From contig NW_026963318.1 in NCBI RefSeq assembly GCF_036588685.1, positions 1,178,001 through 1,242,000 on the forward strand: a stretch of DNA of 64,000 nt, written 5' to 3'. A program made the position numbers and the translations under genes. Numbering within the stretch: the stretch's first letter is position 1; the number at the start of each line of letters is the position of its first letter. Under the pieces are notes generated by a model. The model made no database searches, was not told the origin of the DNA, and worked only from the letters and a program-made list of their open reading frames with translations. Positions 12,608 through 25,379 of this stretch are shown piece after piece. The DNA comes from Mytilus trossulus (Eukaryota).

Positions 12608-13090
12608 TAATAAACAGATAATTCTATTAAGGTTATAAAGATATACGATACACTGTGGAACAATATCCTCCTTTTGGAAATTTATTTCTCTACTAATTTT
12701 CATGCTATTTTCACATGTCTCAATTCCTGTGAGAAAACTATTCCTCATCTCTAGAGAAAACTTTGTTCTCGGCAAATGATTGGTCAAAATTTCAATTATG
12801 ACGTCAAAGTTTCTTGATTTCTTCTAGATCTGCATTTTCCATTGTGACGTCATAAAAAAAGGCGATCATGCCTGATGACGTCGCATATAAAGAACACAAC
12901 TTTCTGCAAATCTTTACACGGGAAGGATAAACTTGTTTAGATGTGTATATTGATATTTTTCCACTCTCAACAGTTAAATCTTAAATATTTAAAAAGTTCG
13001 GCAAGCCTCGCGTTTTGAATTATAATATGTAACTGTCTCGAGTAGGGAAATATCGTAACACACTTGATGCATTGGTGGAATCTATATATT
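12608..13090. repeat. Non-autonomous element with terminal hairpin
   Basis: Imperfect inverted arms GATATTTTTCCACTCTCAACAGTTA and TAACTGTCTCGAGTAGGGAAATATC around 12950-13055; internal TGACGTCA palindromes. Confidence 0.4.
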
Positions 13091-14619
13091 TCTATTATTC
13101 TGTAGGTTATTACATTCGTTCAAAGAAAGAGTCATGAAAACTGTTCTTGAACAATCTACATAACAGTTCTACTGACAGATTTAGAAAATGTTTAAAAAAA
13201 AGGTTAGCCCCTCTTTCAACTTAACAACTTCTGAAGTTCCTCCCACCATTCTTTCTACAATAACATATTGTATAAAGAGATATTGTGATGAGGTATATTG
13301 AGTCATCAATGTTAATTAGAAGTGCATTCTCCAAAATTCTAAAGATCTATTTTAAAATGTTCAATCGCAATCTTTACCTACTGCAATAAATTCCAAACTA
13401 TGGTTTACACTAGTATTCTCCGTTCTCATTTAACAGAGCTTTTTCCACATAAACGTGAAATGTAGATAGACATTTTGTGTATAAGCTCTTACTTTCGGAA
13501 TAACCACACTGCTTTTAACAACAAATACCCCTTAGATAATATATCAATATGCTGTACTGAACTGTGTGGTCTTAGATCTTTAGATACCAGTACAGTCGCC
13601 TGATCTGTCATTTTAACGACTTCGTCCCATTCTTAATTGTGACCATTTTTTTTTACTGAATTTGGATTGGCAATGCGGTGATGCATATGCAAAGAAGAGG
13701 CGTACCTGTCGATTCACCTGATTTCGATCCTGTTTGAGTTCATGCGTTTCATTCGGTTTCTTCTTTGTTTCCTTTATTTGTCTATTTTTCGTCGATTAGT
13801 GTGATTTAAACATCGGTAAACTAATGTCACCCTAATTTACACTAGAACTGATTTTGACAAATCTATCTATATAGTATATTTAGTTCTTATATGTCTATTT
13901 TTTTCTTATTGTTTTTGTAAATTTTCATTTCTTCATGCTTTTCTCCTAACAAAATATGTATGCTATAAAATATATATGCTGATTTGGAGTTGTGAATGTG
14001 TCATAAAAAAAAATATCTCCAAAATAAATACAAATACCGAAGGAAATTAACTAGTTTTGTTCTAAAATGGCTATCAGACAGTTCTTTATGACTATTGCTC
14101 ATTCAAATTTCTCACCATTTTTATTTTTTTTCTTACTTTTTAATCATATGTATACGTAAAGTAATGACAAATTACAGCTTTTCCTAATTACATGAGCCCT
14201 TTAATTTGGTTCGTTCACACACACCTTCCTAGATAACTATTCGTCAAAGTCCCTCTGTACGATCTACTGAAATGACTTTTATGTTATAACTTGGTAAATT
14301 GAACGCAAAATTAGTATCTCCCGTTTCGACCCGTCCGTTTCTAGTGGGAGAAGGTGTCTGCAGCTGACTAAAGTTTTCGTCAATTTATGTCCCATGGAAA
14401 CCAGATAAAATATTCCTTAGGAAACTATAAGATTTCTGGTGCAAAATATTGGAAATACTTACGCGTAAAAATAGTACCATCTTACTTTCTATTTCCCTGG
14501 AAAACTTTACATGGATACCAGTGGACTATGTATAGTTTCCCAGGGATATATTTATGTTGTCTGTTTCCCTTTGGAAATTCTTCATTTTCGTTTAAAAAGA
14601 TATTCGTTCATATAAAAAA

Positions 14620-14815
14620 AATAATAAGATGTGGTATGATTGCCAATGGGATAACTCTCCGAACAAGAGAGAAACGGACACCTAAATTAACAACTGTAGA
14701 TTACAGTACCGTAGTCAACAATGCGCAAAACCCATACCGCATAGTCAGCTTTAAAAGTCCCCGAAATTACAAATGTAAAACAATTCAAACGAGAAAACTA
14801 ACGGCATAATTTATG
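14620..14815 (+). repeat. Interspersed repeat family B (AGATGTGGTATGATTGCCAATG...CGCATAGTCAGCT)
   Basis: Homologous copies at ~34155-34285 (+), ~34680-34860 (-), ~38720-39020 (+), and a variant at ~29225-29452 (-). Confidence 0.8.
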
Positions 14816-15329
14816 TTTTAGTTTAGGCTATTTCATTCATTCAAACAAAAACTGTATGTCATATTCTTTTTTGTATCACTTCCAAATCTAATTGATTGTT
14901 CGTGTAATCCTCTATAATTAAACATTTTTTGTAAAGTTAAAAGGATTTCAATCAGTAATATTGAATCATGTTTCGAAATTTTGCATTTTTTTACATTGTA
15001 GGAAAGTCCAATTTCTATTGTTACGAAAACAACACAAAGCACGTTCCCCTTGGAAATTATTCATTTCCTCAACAGCAAATAAGAAGTTTACCTCTGTATA
15101 GTTTTCAAAAGTTTCTATTACTATATTGATATGGTGAATTATTCCGATAGAGTCTGACTCAGCTGAAATTCAGTAGCAGTGCTAAATCATGATTAGAACT
15201 GTGCTGTCTGTCGTTAATATAAGATGTTCGTTGTTATTCTGTGGTTTACATGTTGTAACGACTATAAAATTATATTATGTATTTATGCGTTTCTATGTGA
15301 TGAGTGTTCTTGTGTTTGTTTGTGCTGTA

Positions 15330-15655
15330 TTTTTGTTACGTAGTGTTGTCATTTTAGTAATATTTTTTACATTGCCATACAAGCGGTAGGTTTGGCAATA
15401 AAACCAGGTTCAACCCACCATATTTTCTTAAAATGTCCAGTACCAAGTCAGGAATATGGCAGTTGTTATCAAACAGTTCGTTTCTATGTATGTTGGCTTT
15501 TTTTTTGTTTGTTGCACTTCAGTATTTCTGTTGTTCCTTTGCTTTCCTCTTATAGTTGATGTGTTTCCTTCGGTTTTAGTTTGTAACCCGGATTTGTTTT
15601 CTCTCAATCGATTTATGATTTTTGAACAGCGGTATACTACTGTTGCCTTTATTGA
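15330..15655 (+). repeat. Interspersed repeat family C (..GTACCAAGTCAGGAATATG(A/G)CAGTTGTTATC..)
   Basis: Related copies at ~32175-32315 (+), ~52690-52800 (+) and ~3470-3600 (-). Confidence 0.7.
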
Positions 15656-16283
15656 ACTCTTTGTAGTTTTCATACATTTTATTTGAATAACAACCGCATT
15701 TAATAGCTTTTTTTACCCTGATATTTTGTATTGCTTTATTTTTCCTGGATAATTTTTCATTAACTCTTTTAAAAAACCAAAATAAGATACTCTCACTATT
15801 GTTTATAGTTTTCATTAATCTAAGAACCAAACAAAATTATACTTATTGAACCAAGACATTGCATACTATAATATCGTCTATAAGTATTCTCTCAACTGAA
15901 ATATTGATCATAAACCAGAAGCATATAATCTAGTTTCAGTAGGCATGTTAAGAAAGGGATATAATTAAAACACTACGATGATGTTACAATATCGATACAA
16001 GATATATATAAATAAAAGGTAAACAAGGTCTATAAGTAGAACTTAATCATCTTGGTAAATCTTCGAATCTATCGAGCATTATAAATGGATAACAATTGAA
16101 TATGTTTTGTTTCCTATGGAAATATTTGTGTTGCCTTTTTCTAAAAAAAAGGAGATACTCTTGTTTGTATTTTTTTTAACTGTTATATATAATGTAGGAA
16201 AGATGTAGAGATTTGATAGTATGATTAAGTACAACTAATGCAACTCAATTATACACTGCTGGTTTAGTACTTCATATTAATAT

Positions 16284-16986
16284 ACAATAACTGTTTAGTG
16301 TCTTTAAATATCAGCTGTATTTGTACGAGGCTAGAAAACAAGGTGTATGCGAGCTTTTAGCGAGCTATTACACCTGTTTCGAGCCGAGTAAAAATACAGC
16401 TGATATTTAAAGACACTAAACAGTTATTGTCTTTATCCTGCAATTAATTCTGTATATTGTTTGTGTTTTGAGAGACATAAACACTAACATATTTAACATT
16501 TATTTTCGATTTGTAATCCCTTGAGGCCCGCGTAGTAATATCAAAATCACACATTACGCTGAAGACGGGTTCGGAAAAAAGAATCTCGAATGGTCAACAA
16601 TAATACATCGCTCAAGGTGAATAATTATTTATTCAAATAACAACTAATTTCAACGTAAAAACAAAAAACAAAACATTTTCAAATTTGAAACAGAAGTGTA
16701 CGAGTTGTCCTACGCTTCAGACTTGACATTCACTAAACATGCATGCTGAAATTGACATGGTTGATTTTGTAACACAATCATACACATTCAAGTTTTGAAA
16801 TCGACAATTGTCATCGTCATTGGAATGCAACTTGAATACACATTCTGAGGTCAAACAGGTTCAAACAATACTCAGTCCGGCAGTGGACGGAGCTTTAAAG
16901 CGATATCTGTATAGCATACAGATACAGCATAGCGATATCTGTATAGGGCTGTATCTGTATAGTAGGACACCCAATTGCAGGATAAA
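16284..16986. mobile_element. Non-autonomous element with a perfect 39-bp terminal hairpin and a second offset inverted repeat
   Basis: 16284-16322 is the exact reverse complement of 16392-16430. TTTATCCTGCAATT (16432-16445) is inverted at ~16973-16986. Short tandem GCGATATCTGTATAG repeats lie near the right end. Confidence 0.65.
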
Positions 16987-17009
16987 ATCAAATATTTGAT
17001 GTTTTTTTA

Positions 17010-18890
17010 TTTCCTATTGTGGCTTATCCGTTCCTTTGGCACCTTCATACGGTGTTTATATATTTCAACTTCATCAATTCGCTTGTGCATGTATTACCAA
17101 TGTATTTGATTTTAAGATTCATCAATTAAAAAATATGACCGTGTTTACACCACAAAATCATAAAATCTACTATGAATACAGACAAAATGGTGCATCTAGG
17201 AAAGTTTTAATGCATCGCAGTTTGTAGATATATAAAAGTTATATTTAGTCAATGCAGAAGATAGCAAAATAAACAAACACATGCGTTTCATTTGATACGG
17301 TCCACACAATTACACAGTTTAAATCAACTATTGTCTGCAGATATCTATTGTCCATCTATTGTCCATTTAAATCAATTCTTCTCACAACATTTATTATATT
17401 AGGGGCGCTTTCCAAACCCCTTTCCCAACTCAGTTTAATTTAGCACATCTGCAAGAATGAAAAAAAAAAAAATGAAAAGCAAAATCCAGAAAAAGTTTTG
17501 AAACATAAAATACATTAAACTTTTACTTATCTAGTTCCTGTCATGCCTTATGCATTTCCAGGTGCAGAGGTTTGTCTGTACTCAGAGTAAAATTTGTGGT
17601 GTTAATAAGGCCATATTAGCCAAAAGGTTATGATGAACCTAAACGAGAAAAATAATTCAGTACAACTGAAAAACATATTACACCAGGGTTTTCGATATCA
17701 CAAACTTGTCAAAAGTTTAACCTAATTTTATCATCGGTACCAGGACATAATTCGTAGATATAAGTTAATGAACAGACATCTTATGCGTGCAGGTTTATCA
17801 CATCCCATCTTTGATGGTTATATTTTATCAAAGCACAAAAATGTCGTCATTAACCTGAAAAGCTAATCAAACCTTTTAACAGACTTATCAATAAGGGATA
17901 TAGTTACGTTAGTTACTCTTGTCAAGTCATTTAAGGTGGTACATAACACTACAGGGAGATACATCTGTAAACATCAGCATAATGTTTTAATCACGTTCTA
18001 TTGCTAAGGGAATATTAAGCTTCTCAAAGACCAAAATTAGTGTTTGTCAAACTGCTATTTATCCAATGATTTTTTTTGATAAAGTGAGTGGTTCAAGTTT
18101 TTTGAAACTTTTATATTTTTGTCAAAGGGTCAAAGTCAATATTTTGTCAAAATTTTATGAAAATAACACGAGCCAAATTAATTTTAGTCAAGCTGTTTGG
18201 TACAACCTTAAGCCGTTTTTTTGTAAATTAATATATATTCACTCGTCTTTGCATCAGAAATAAACACATTTATTCTAAACGCAATTGTTGGCATGATACG
18301 GATTATGTTCTTCTCTTATACATGTTAGTTATAATACTAAACCTCTAATAGGAGAGATTATGGTTGATTTTCTATACGATGGAGACATGATATTGGATTA
18401 GTTTTATTGAGGTCTGCAGCTAGCATGTCAGTAACTGCTAGAAGTCCTTTATCATTTTGTTTTGATCATTGTGAGTTTGCTTAGTTTCTTCTGTTACCTA
18501 TTCTAACATCGGCCTCGGACTTATTTTGATCTGAACGTATTGCTGTGTACGTGTTTGTTTTTTTCCACATTGGCTGAAAGTATGAGATATCACAGAACAT
18601 GTTTGACCCATCCGCATGTTTGCGCCTGTCCCAAGTCAGGATCCTCTAGCCTTTGTTAGTCTTGTTTTTTTGTGTGTATATTTTGGGTCATTTGATTGTT
18701 TTGGAGTTTAGTGTGGCGGCCATTTCGCTAAATTAGTATACACTATTGTTTAGCAGCCAGCTGCAGTCTGCCTTCGGTGCGGGATTATATCGCTGCGTCG
18801 AAGACCAACTAATGGCCTTGGTCTGTTTTCTGCTCTTTGGTCTGGTTGTTGTCTCTTTGGCATACTCCCGTTTCCATTCTCTATTCTATT
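17010..18890 (+). mobile_element. Fragmented 3' end of a second Penelope-like element (RT C-terminus plus tail), interrupted by other insertions
   Basis: PLAPSYGVYIFQL..FACAC at ~17030-17100; LHQGFRYHKLVKSLT*FYHRYQDIIR..RHLMRAGLSHPIF at ~17677-17815; then non-coding tail ending in repeat family A. Confidence 0.65.
17935..18207. mobile_element. TTAA-flanked MITE (Kolobok-like termini)
   Basis: TTAA|GGTGGTAC ... GTACAACC|TTAA. A related copy lies in opposite orientation at ~25835-26147. Confidence 0.75.
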
Positions 18891-19536
18891 ATATTATTAG
18901 CTGATTTGGGGAGACGATATTATCTTTGGCCTTAACATTGATGAAAAATGTAAACAATAGAGTATCTTGTTTAATTGTTAAAAAACAATATATTAATTTG
19001 ACTTTCCTCCACATACAATGCATTGAAAATGCATCGATTTCTAAAAATAATTTAGACTATAACATTTATGAACTCATCTAGTTTAGTTTCAGAGGATTAC
19101 ACAGATGATTAATAACATTGTGAAGTGGTACCGAAAGAAATATTTCGCTTGTCGAGAACAACTGGGACTGTTTTCTTTAAAAATTTGGACAAGTGGGTAA
19201 AATAAATAGTGATTGGGGAAAACATTACGTGCTTAGATTTTAACACAACTGGTTTAATTTCTGGTCTATCCGTATTAATTTATGATTCCAAAATCCATAA
19301 TGAGATACAAATTGTCGTCGGTTGCTGTCTGTGTTATATGCTCCCTCCGTTTATTGTTTATCATAAACGGACGACAATTTATTACTTCGCAAGGGGTCGG
19401 TGTGGGTTGGTTGAAGGATAAGGGTGACAGACGGGATTTGAAAATAAAAGTTCTGACCTGGAATAGCTAAAACATAATCTTTAAACAGAAATGCAATAAG
19501 CTAGAATACCAACAGGTCAAATCTACTTTTGTTTTC

Positions 19537-19577
19537 CGCTCCTGACGAAAGTAAACCCCGAAAAGTGCTTCGGACGC
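19537..19577 (+). ncRNA. Degenerate hammerhead motif (variant family)
   Basis: CTGACGA...GAAA-AGTGCT-TC-GGACGC; stem II does not pair properly in this copy. Confidence 0.4.
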
Positions 19578-20134
19578 AATAAAATGATAAAATTTTCAAA
19601 ATTTGCAATTCGCGGCCTATACAGTTCGGAATTTTTCATTGTTGAAGACTGTTCGACGACCTATAGTTGCTAATATCGACATTATTTGGTCTCTGTTATT
19701 GGCAATTATACGTCCTCGCTATCAATCATTGCGTTAGTTACAATAACTTACCGAGTAACCATGGTTACGTTTTTTTTTTTGGTTTTTTTTTGCTTCCTTG
19801 TGAATCAGTAGATTGTGTAATTATCCCCGATTTATAACGTATTTTTTTGTTTGGAATTGATCCAAATAACGTATAACATATTATCGTTCTGAATGTTCGT
19901 GTACTATTGGCTGATGGACCTTAGTCAAACATTTTAATATTTCTAGATTACCGATCTTTCAACACTTAATTTTATAGATCATGCGACTTAATTTATAAGA
20001 TTGTTAATTAAAGTCTTTTTCGTTCGTCGATTTTGTTCTTTGATTCTATACATTTTTAGACTAGCGTTTGAAAGACCATTGATAATCTATTTACTACGGA
20101 AGCCTTTTAGGGCCATGCTAATTTACTTTTTTTC

Positions 20135-20412
20135 AATTTGATATAACAAACTATTAATTTGATATAACAGATTTTCAATTTGATATTACAGATTATCAAT
20201 TTATTATAACAAATTATTAATTTGATATTACAAATTATTAATTTGATATAACAGATTATCAATTTGATATAACAGATTATCAATTTGATATGACGAATTA
20301 TGATTATTTGAAGAAAAAAAAATATTAATTTGATATAACCAAATGTAAATTTGATATAACCAAATGTAAATTTGATATAACCAAATGTAAATTTGATATA
20401 ACCAAATGTAAA
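20135..20412 (+). repeat. 21-bp minisatellite array (AATTTGATATAACAGATTATC / AATTTGATATAACCAAATGTA), left arm of a foldback element
   Basis: About 12 tandem units in two subtypes. Produces the repetitive ORF 20107..20526. Confidence 0.9.
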
Positions 20413-20959
20413 CCAGCCTATTTTAAGAAGGAGAAGATTTTTATTATCCTTGTCCCTATGTTCATAGAAACACCAATCTCTCAATATCGAGCTATTCATT
20501 TCATTCTTATACTTGAAAATGTGCAATATATATTAAATTCGTCATTTTTTTTTTCTATTACATTCGTTCGTTCTAAGTCACCATGTATCATGTACTAATC
20601 TGAGAAACTTATTCCCAAAACTGTCTCAAATAAATAATAAAGAGGGGATGTTTTTAATATGCATTTAATGAGATAAATTTAGTTCATTTATATGATTTGG
20701 AGTTTTGTATGACGTCCATGTTTACTGAACAAGTACCCAATTTTATTTAGGGGGAGCTGAGGCCCACCTCTGGGTGCGGGATTTTCTCGCTGCGTTGAAG
20801 ACCCATCGGTGGCCTTCGGCTGTTATTTGCTCTTTAGTCGGGTTGTTGTCTCTTTGACATAATCCCATTTCCATTCTCAATTTTTTTAATCATACAAAAA
20901 AAAAATTTTGGTTAGCAATCTTTCAATCAATCATTATTATGATTAAATCATACTATTAA

Positions 20960-21110
20960 TAAGTTTTATATCAAAATGAAAATTTTTTATATCAAATTGA
21001 TAATCTGTTATATCAAATTGATAATTTGTTGTATTAAATTAATAATCTGTAATATCAAATTAATCATTTGTTTAATCAAAATAAAACTTTGTTATATCAA
21101 ATTAAATTAC
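20960..21110 (-). repeat. Inverted copy of the 21-bp minisatellite, right arm of the foldback element
   Basis: GATAATCTGTTATATCAAATT units are the reverse complement of the 20135 array. Confidence 0.85.
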
Positions 21111-21307
21111 TAATTTCTTTTGAAGGAGAGTAGCAAGTTTGTTGGCCTTTTGAAACCTACTTATTGCACTCGACCTCGCCTTCAATGGAGAGACAGTGAG
21201 AAAAACCAAATGGAATTTACTGACACCGTTTATATCATATTATATTTCTAGCATAATTTTTAGAAGGATGGGACTTTTTTCAGGGACAAACCTTAAAGTC
21301 CCTTCTC

Positions 21308-22122
21308 CTTTTTGGCCACAGGGCCAAGTAAGCTTTTCTCATCACTTGGCGTCCGTCGTCCGTCGTCCGTCGTTGTCGTCGTCGTTAACTTTTACAAAAA
21401 TCTTCTCCTCTGAAACTACTGGGCTAAATTTACTCAAACTTAGTCACAATCATTATTATGGTATTTAGTTTAAAAATGTGTGCGGTGACCCAGCCAACCA
21501 ATCAAGATGGCCGCCATGGCTAAAAATAGAACATAGGGGTAAAATGTAGATTTTGGATAATAACTCTCAAACCAAAGCATTAAGAGCAAATCTGACAGGA
21601 TAAAATTGTTCATCAAATCAATATCTATCTGCCCTGAAATTTTCAGATGAATTGGACAACTGGTTGTTGGGTTGCTGTCCCCCCCCCCCCCCCCCCCCCC
21701 CAATTGGTAATTTTCAAAGAAATTTTGCCGTTTTTGGTTATTATCTTGAATACTATTATAGATAGAGATAAACTGTAAACAGCAATAATGTTCAGCAAAG
21801 TAAGATATATAAATAAGTTAGCATGACCAAAATGGTCAGTTGATCCCCTAAGGAGTTATTGCCCTTTATAGTAAATTTTTAACAATTTTCATTAATTTGG
21901 TAAATTTTGTAAATTTTTACAAAATATTTTCCTCTGTAACTAAAGGGCCAAGTTTATTATAGATAGAGAAAATTTTAAGTAGCAAGAATGTTCATTAAAG
22001 TAAGATCTACAAACACATTACCAATACCAAAACACAATTTTGTCATGAATCCATCTGTGTCCTTTGTTTAATATGCACACAGACCAAGGTGAGCGACACA
22101 GGCTCTTAAGAGCCTCTAGTTT
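21308..22122 (+). mobile_element. Helentron-type non-autonomous element (HINE/DINE-like)
   Basis: 5' GGCC..GGGCCAAGTAAGCTTTTCTCATCACTTGGCGTCC followed by a (CGTC/GTC)n microsatellite; C23 run at 21679-21701; 3' GGTGAGCGACAC plus palindrome AGGCTCTTAAGAGCCT then CTAGTTTT. Fragments also at ~6535-6625, ~10980-11030 (-) and ~24640-24680 (-). Confidence 0.75.
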
Positions 22123-22472
22123 TGACTTTGAATTCAATTTGTATTAAACATTATTGTTTCTAATTCGTCAATTTCTTCGATTTAACCAAAAGTAACTTAC
22201 CGTTAAAGTCTGCACACATCGTTATTCCTATCTCCACGTGTTCTTTGTACCTTTTAATTTCGATTTATTCATAAATACGAGTCACATTGCCCATCGCATC
22301 ACTTATAAATATAATACTAAAGTCAAAGTTAATTATTTCTTCAAAATCTCTTGAAAAAAACTTGACAGTCATGGTTTAAAATCTCCATAACTTCATGCGA
22401 ATGCCAGACGATAAAACATAATACTGTGAGTATTTTAAAATCTTAGCTTAGATTTAAGATTTCTAATTTTTC

Positions 22473-22564
22473 ATTGGTTGGTTATTTTGCGACAAATTTG
22501 TTTCTATTGGTGGAATGAAGAAAAGCTACTGGTAGGCGGTCTCTTCCTGTTACCTATATATAAA
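22473..22564 (+). promoter_or_regulatory. Core promoter of the 89-aa orphan gene
   Basis: Inverted CCAAT boxes (ATTGG at 22473 and 22506), ETS-like CTTCCTG at ~22542, TATATATAAA at 22555-22564, about 80 nt before the ATG. Confidence 0.55.
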
Positions 22565-22645
22565 CTAACTTCTTTCTGGATAACATGTACATTTATTTGT
22601 ATTCCAAATTTTTACCTTACCTCTGGCATACATCGTTATCTTAAA

Positions 22646-22670
22646 ATGTCAACACCACTAGATGCTGAGA
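22646..22670 (+). CDS. Exon 1 of 89-aa orphan protein (MSTPLDAE)
   Basis: AAAATG start context; donor GAGA|GTAAGT; phase 1. Confidence 0.75.
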
Positions 22671-25279
22671 GTAAGTATTTTCTGTAAAATTTGCTTATTT
22701 CTCGACAGTCCTTTTCTAAATGAAGTTAGTCAAATAATTGCACATACAATTGTTTTCCCATGATACAAATTTAAAAAAAAATAAATAGTAAAACTATTTG
22801 ATTAATATTGAATTCAGTTAATATTAGAATTCAATATAGTTTTACTTTAAAAGATCTTCATGTTTAGATTTGTAATTGTTGAAGAAAAAAACTGTTTTCT
22901 TCTTTTTGTTTATACATGTAGATAAAGGAAAGTGTTTGATTTCTTCTAGTTGCTGTGAACAAGTTCTTTTTTTCCTGCTTTTACATTCTTTACCGGTTTC
23001 ATGGCAGGGTAAAAGTAAATACTTTGTGTCTGGATTAATATTGAAAATAGTTTGAACTCGATTGAACTTTTCTTAATCACATTGTTAACAAGATTGAAAT
23101 GTAAAACCAACTATTACTAATTTTCCGCCAAAATGACCGACTTACAGTTTCAAAATGTATGCATAAAAGTGTGTTTTCTGTCTTAGCGATGCAATACGTT
23201 GTAAAAAGTCAGGACCGTAATCGGTCTTTTTTTTTAAGTATTGAATAAAGTTAACAGCACTTTACTTCATCACAGCAATCATTTCTTTCAAAGCTGTTAT
23301 CATTTGTAATGTTTGATAAAAAAGGGATTTGCGCACGTACGCACGAGTTTGTAAGCGACACGTAACTTTTTAATTTCCGTCAATAATAAAGAATAAATTT
23401 GGCATCTTTAATGCAAGCACAAACAGTGCTTGATTTATGATCTATAACGTGATTTATGTTGATATTCAATTACATATCTTGTAAATAGCTATGATATCTA
23501 ATATGTACTACTACGTTACAATCAAAAGACAGTTTTCATATAAAATAAATCAGTTTATCCTCAATTATTTTAACTCTGAAGACACTAAGACCGTTTATGG
23601 TGATAACTGGAACAGTAAATAGAGACAAGTGCAGTGTTCAATAATGAACACAAAAAAAAGTACGTTGGCGCCAATAAAACAATCATACAATGGCGACAAT
23701 TTATCAATTTATTTATTTTACTTGTATATATCTACTAAATTATTTTAGAAGGTCGCTCAGATAATATATCAAAATCTGTCGTTTTAGTTTCTGGTTATTA
23801 TTTGCATGTATATGGTATAATTTCCCACTCAAAATAACTGTAGAATATTCATATGTAAATAGTCTAGCAGAACACGACTCCATTTTACATCTCCATATAA
23901 TTTCTGCATTTTTGTTTCTACAACGATGATAGGTTTCGCTATATCAGACTTTAATATCTTGTACAATATATCAGAAATCTTTACTATGGAAAAACTGTTC
24001 TATTACTAAACAATTTATTTATTGGTGAGATTTCTAAATTCCGATGAGTGCTCTATTCATTCTAAAGTCGATAGGTTAAATATAGTACATGTTTACATGT
24101 ATAATATAGGTAAAAAATATTCAAGTAAATGTGGTGCAATTTTATTCCATGTATTGGCGCAATTAATACTATCTTAAAACATTGTTGTGACGTCTTTGGG
24201 TATAAAAATCTACCTCTGGTGTTGCTCTCATTCTTCCTTACATCATTTTCAGCTACAATTAAAATGAAAAAAATGTAGTAATGCACCTAACGCTTGATAG
24301 ATAATGCATCAATACGAGGACCAGAAGTAAAATAATTGTATTATCCTAATTAGTAGATGTTTTACCAGGTTTTGATGTGCAAGCCACAGACTGTTCCTTT
24401 GACAAAATAGCTAATAAGTAAACGAATTTGGTTACATGTAACAACCTAAATCTCACCCTGTGTATAAATTGCAAATCGAGAACTTGTTTCATGAACAAGT
24501 GGGGCTACACCAGTTTTTATAATTTTCAGCTGTCGGCGTTGATTTGCAAGTCTTTTGTTTAAAACATCTGATAGTATTGCCTGTATAGGAATATAATGCA
24601 AAACTTTGCTTATCAACGACGATAAATATAAGAAACTGAACTAGAGGCTCTCAAGAGCCTGTTTCGCTCACCAGATTCAACTTTGGTTTTGGAAATCATG
24701 TAAAAATAGATTAAAATCATAACATTTACCCTAATAATATTTGAGGCCAAATGTGGTTTAATATTGGCCCCGTAATTTAATCAAAAGCAGAAGACTTTTG
24801 TTAAATTTACAGAAATAACCAATAAATTCGTTGACATTGTAGAAAATGACTTTCTAACTTAAAGGATTTCTGGATCTGAAAAATATTTTATTGACTGTCC
24901 GAAAGCACTGGTGTCTCGTTAATAGTGATTCCCCTTTAATTGGAAGGAGGAACGATAGAAAGTCAATACGAATACTGTAACATAATAAAAAAAAAATATA
25001 AAATGTGTAGATTCGAAAAAAAAAACACATATTAAGCAGAGTGTTTATTACATAGAAAAGGTTCTGTTTCAATGAAGTCTACATGTGTGATGTTCATACA
25101 GTTGTATTATCATTGTCCTTATTGATACGTGTAACATGTGCCAACTTTTATGACTCGCATGATATTGATAGATTAACATACGCCTCTGTCCATATGTACC
25201 CTGTTATAATCTAGAGATCATGATATTTGCTGAAGGGTTTCAATATGATAATTTACTTTACAATGTGTTTTTGTTTCAG

Positions 25280-25379
25280 CAACGGAATCATCTACGGGGA
25301 CGACTAAAACTATAACAATATTTATTGGAGAAGATGGATGGAAAGGAGAAAATCCACGTATGCTCATTGATGATAAAGG
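25280..25379 (+). CDS. Exon 2 of 89-aa orphan protein (TTESSTGTTKTITIFIGEDGWKGENPRMLIDDKG)
   Basis: Acceptor TTTTTGTTTCAG, donor AGG|GTAAAC; phase 1 in, phase 2 out; open frame. Confidence 0.8.

Noticed and set aside
14387-14809. 140-aa ORF (and the similar 176-aa ORF at 34361..34891)
   Set aside because: Their shared peptide comes from repeat family B read in an open frame, not from a gene family.
20107-20526. 139-aa ORF with FGYIKFT/ICYIKLI repeats; also considered as a CRISPR-like array
   Set aside because: It is the translation of a 21-bp minisatellite. Units are contiguous with no unique spacers, no cas genes are present, and the context is eukaryotic.
21470-21703. ORF starting with poly-Gly
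   Set aside because: It derives from the C23 run inside a Helentron-type repeat.
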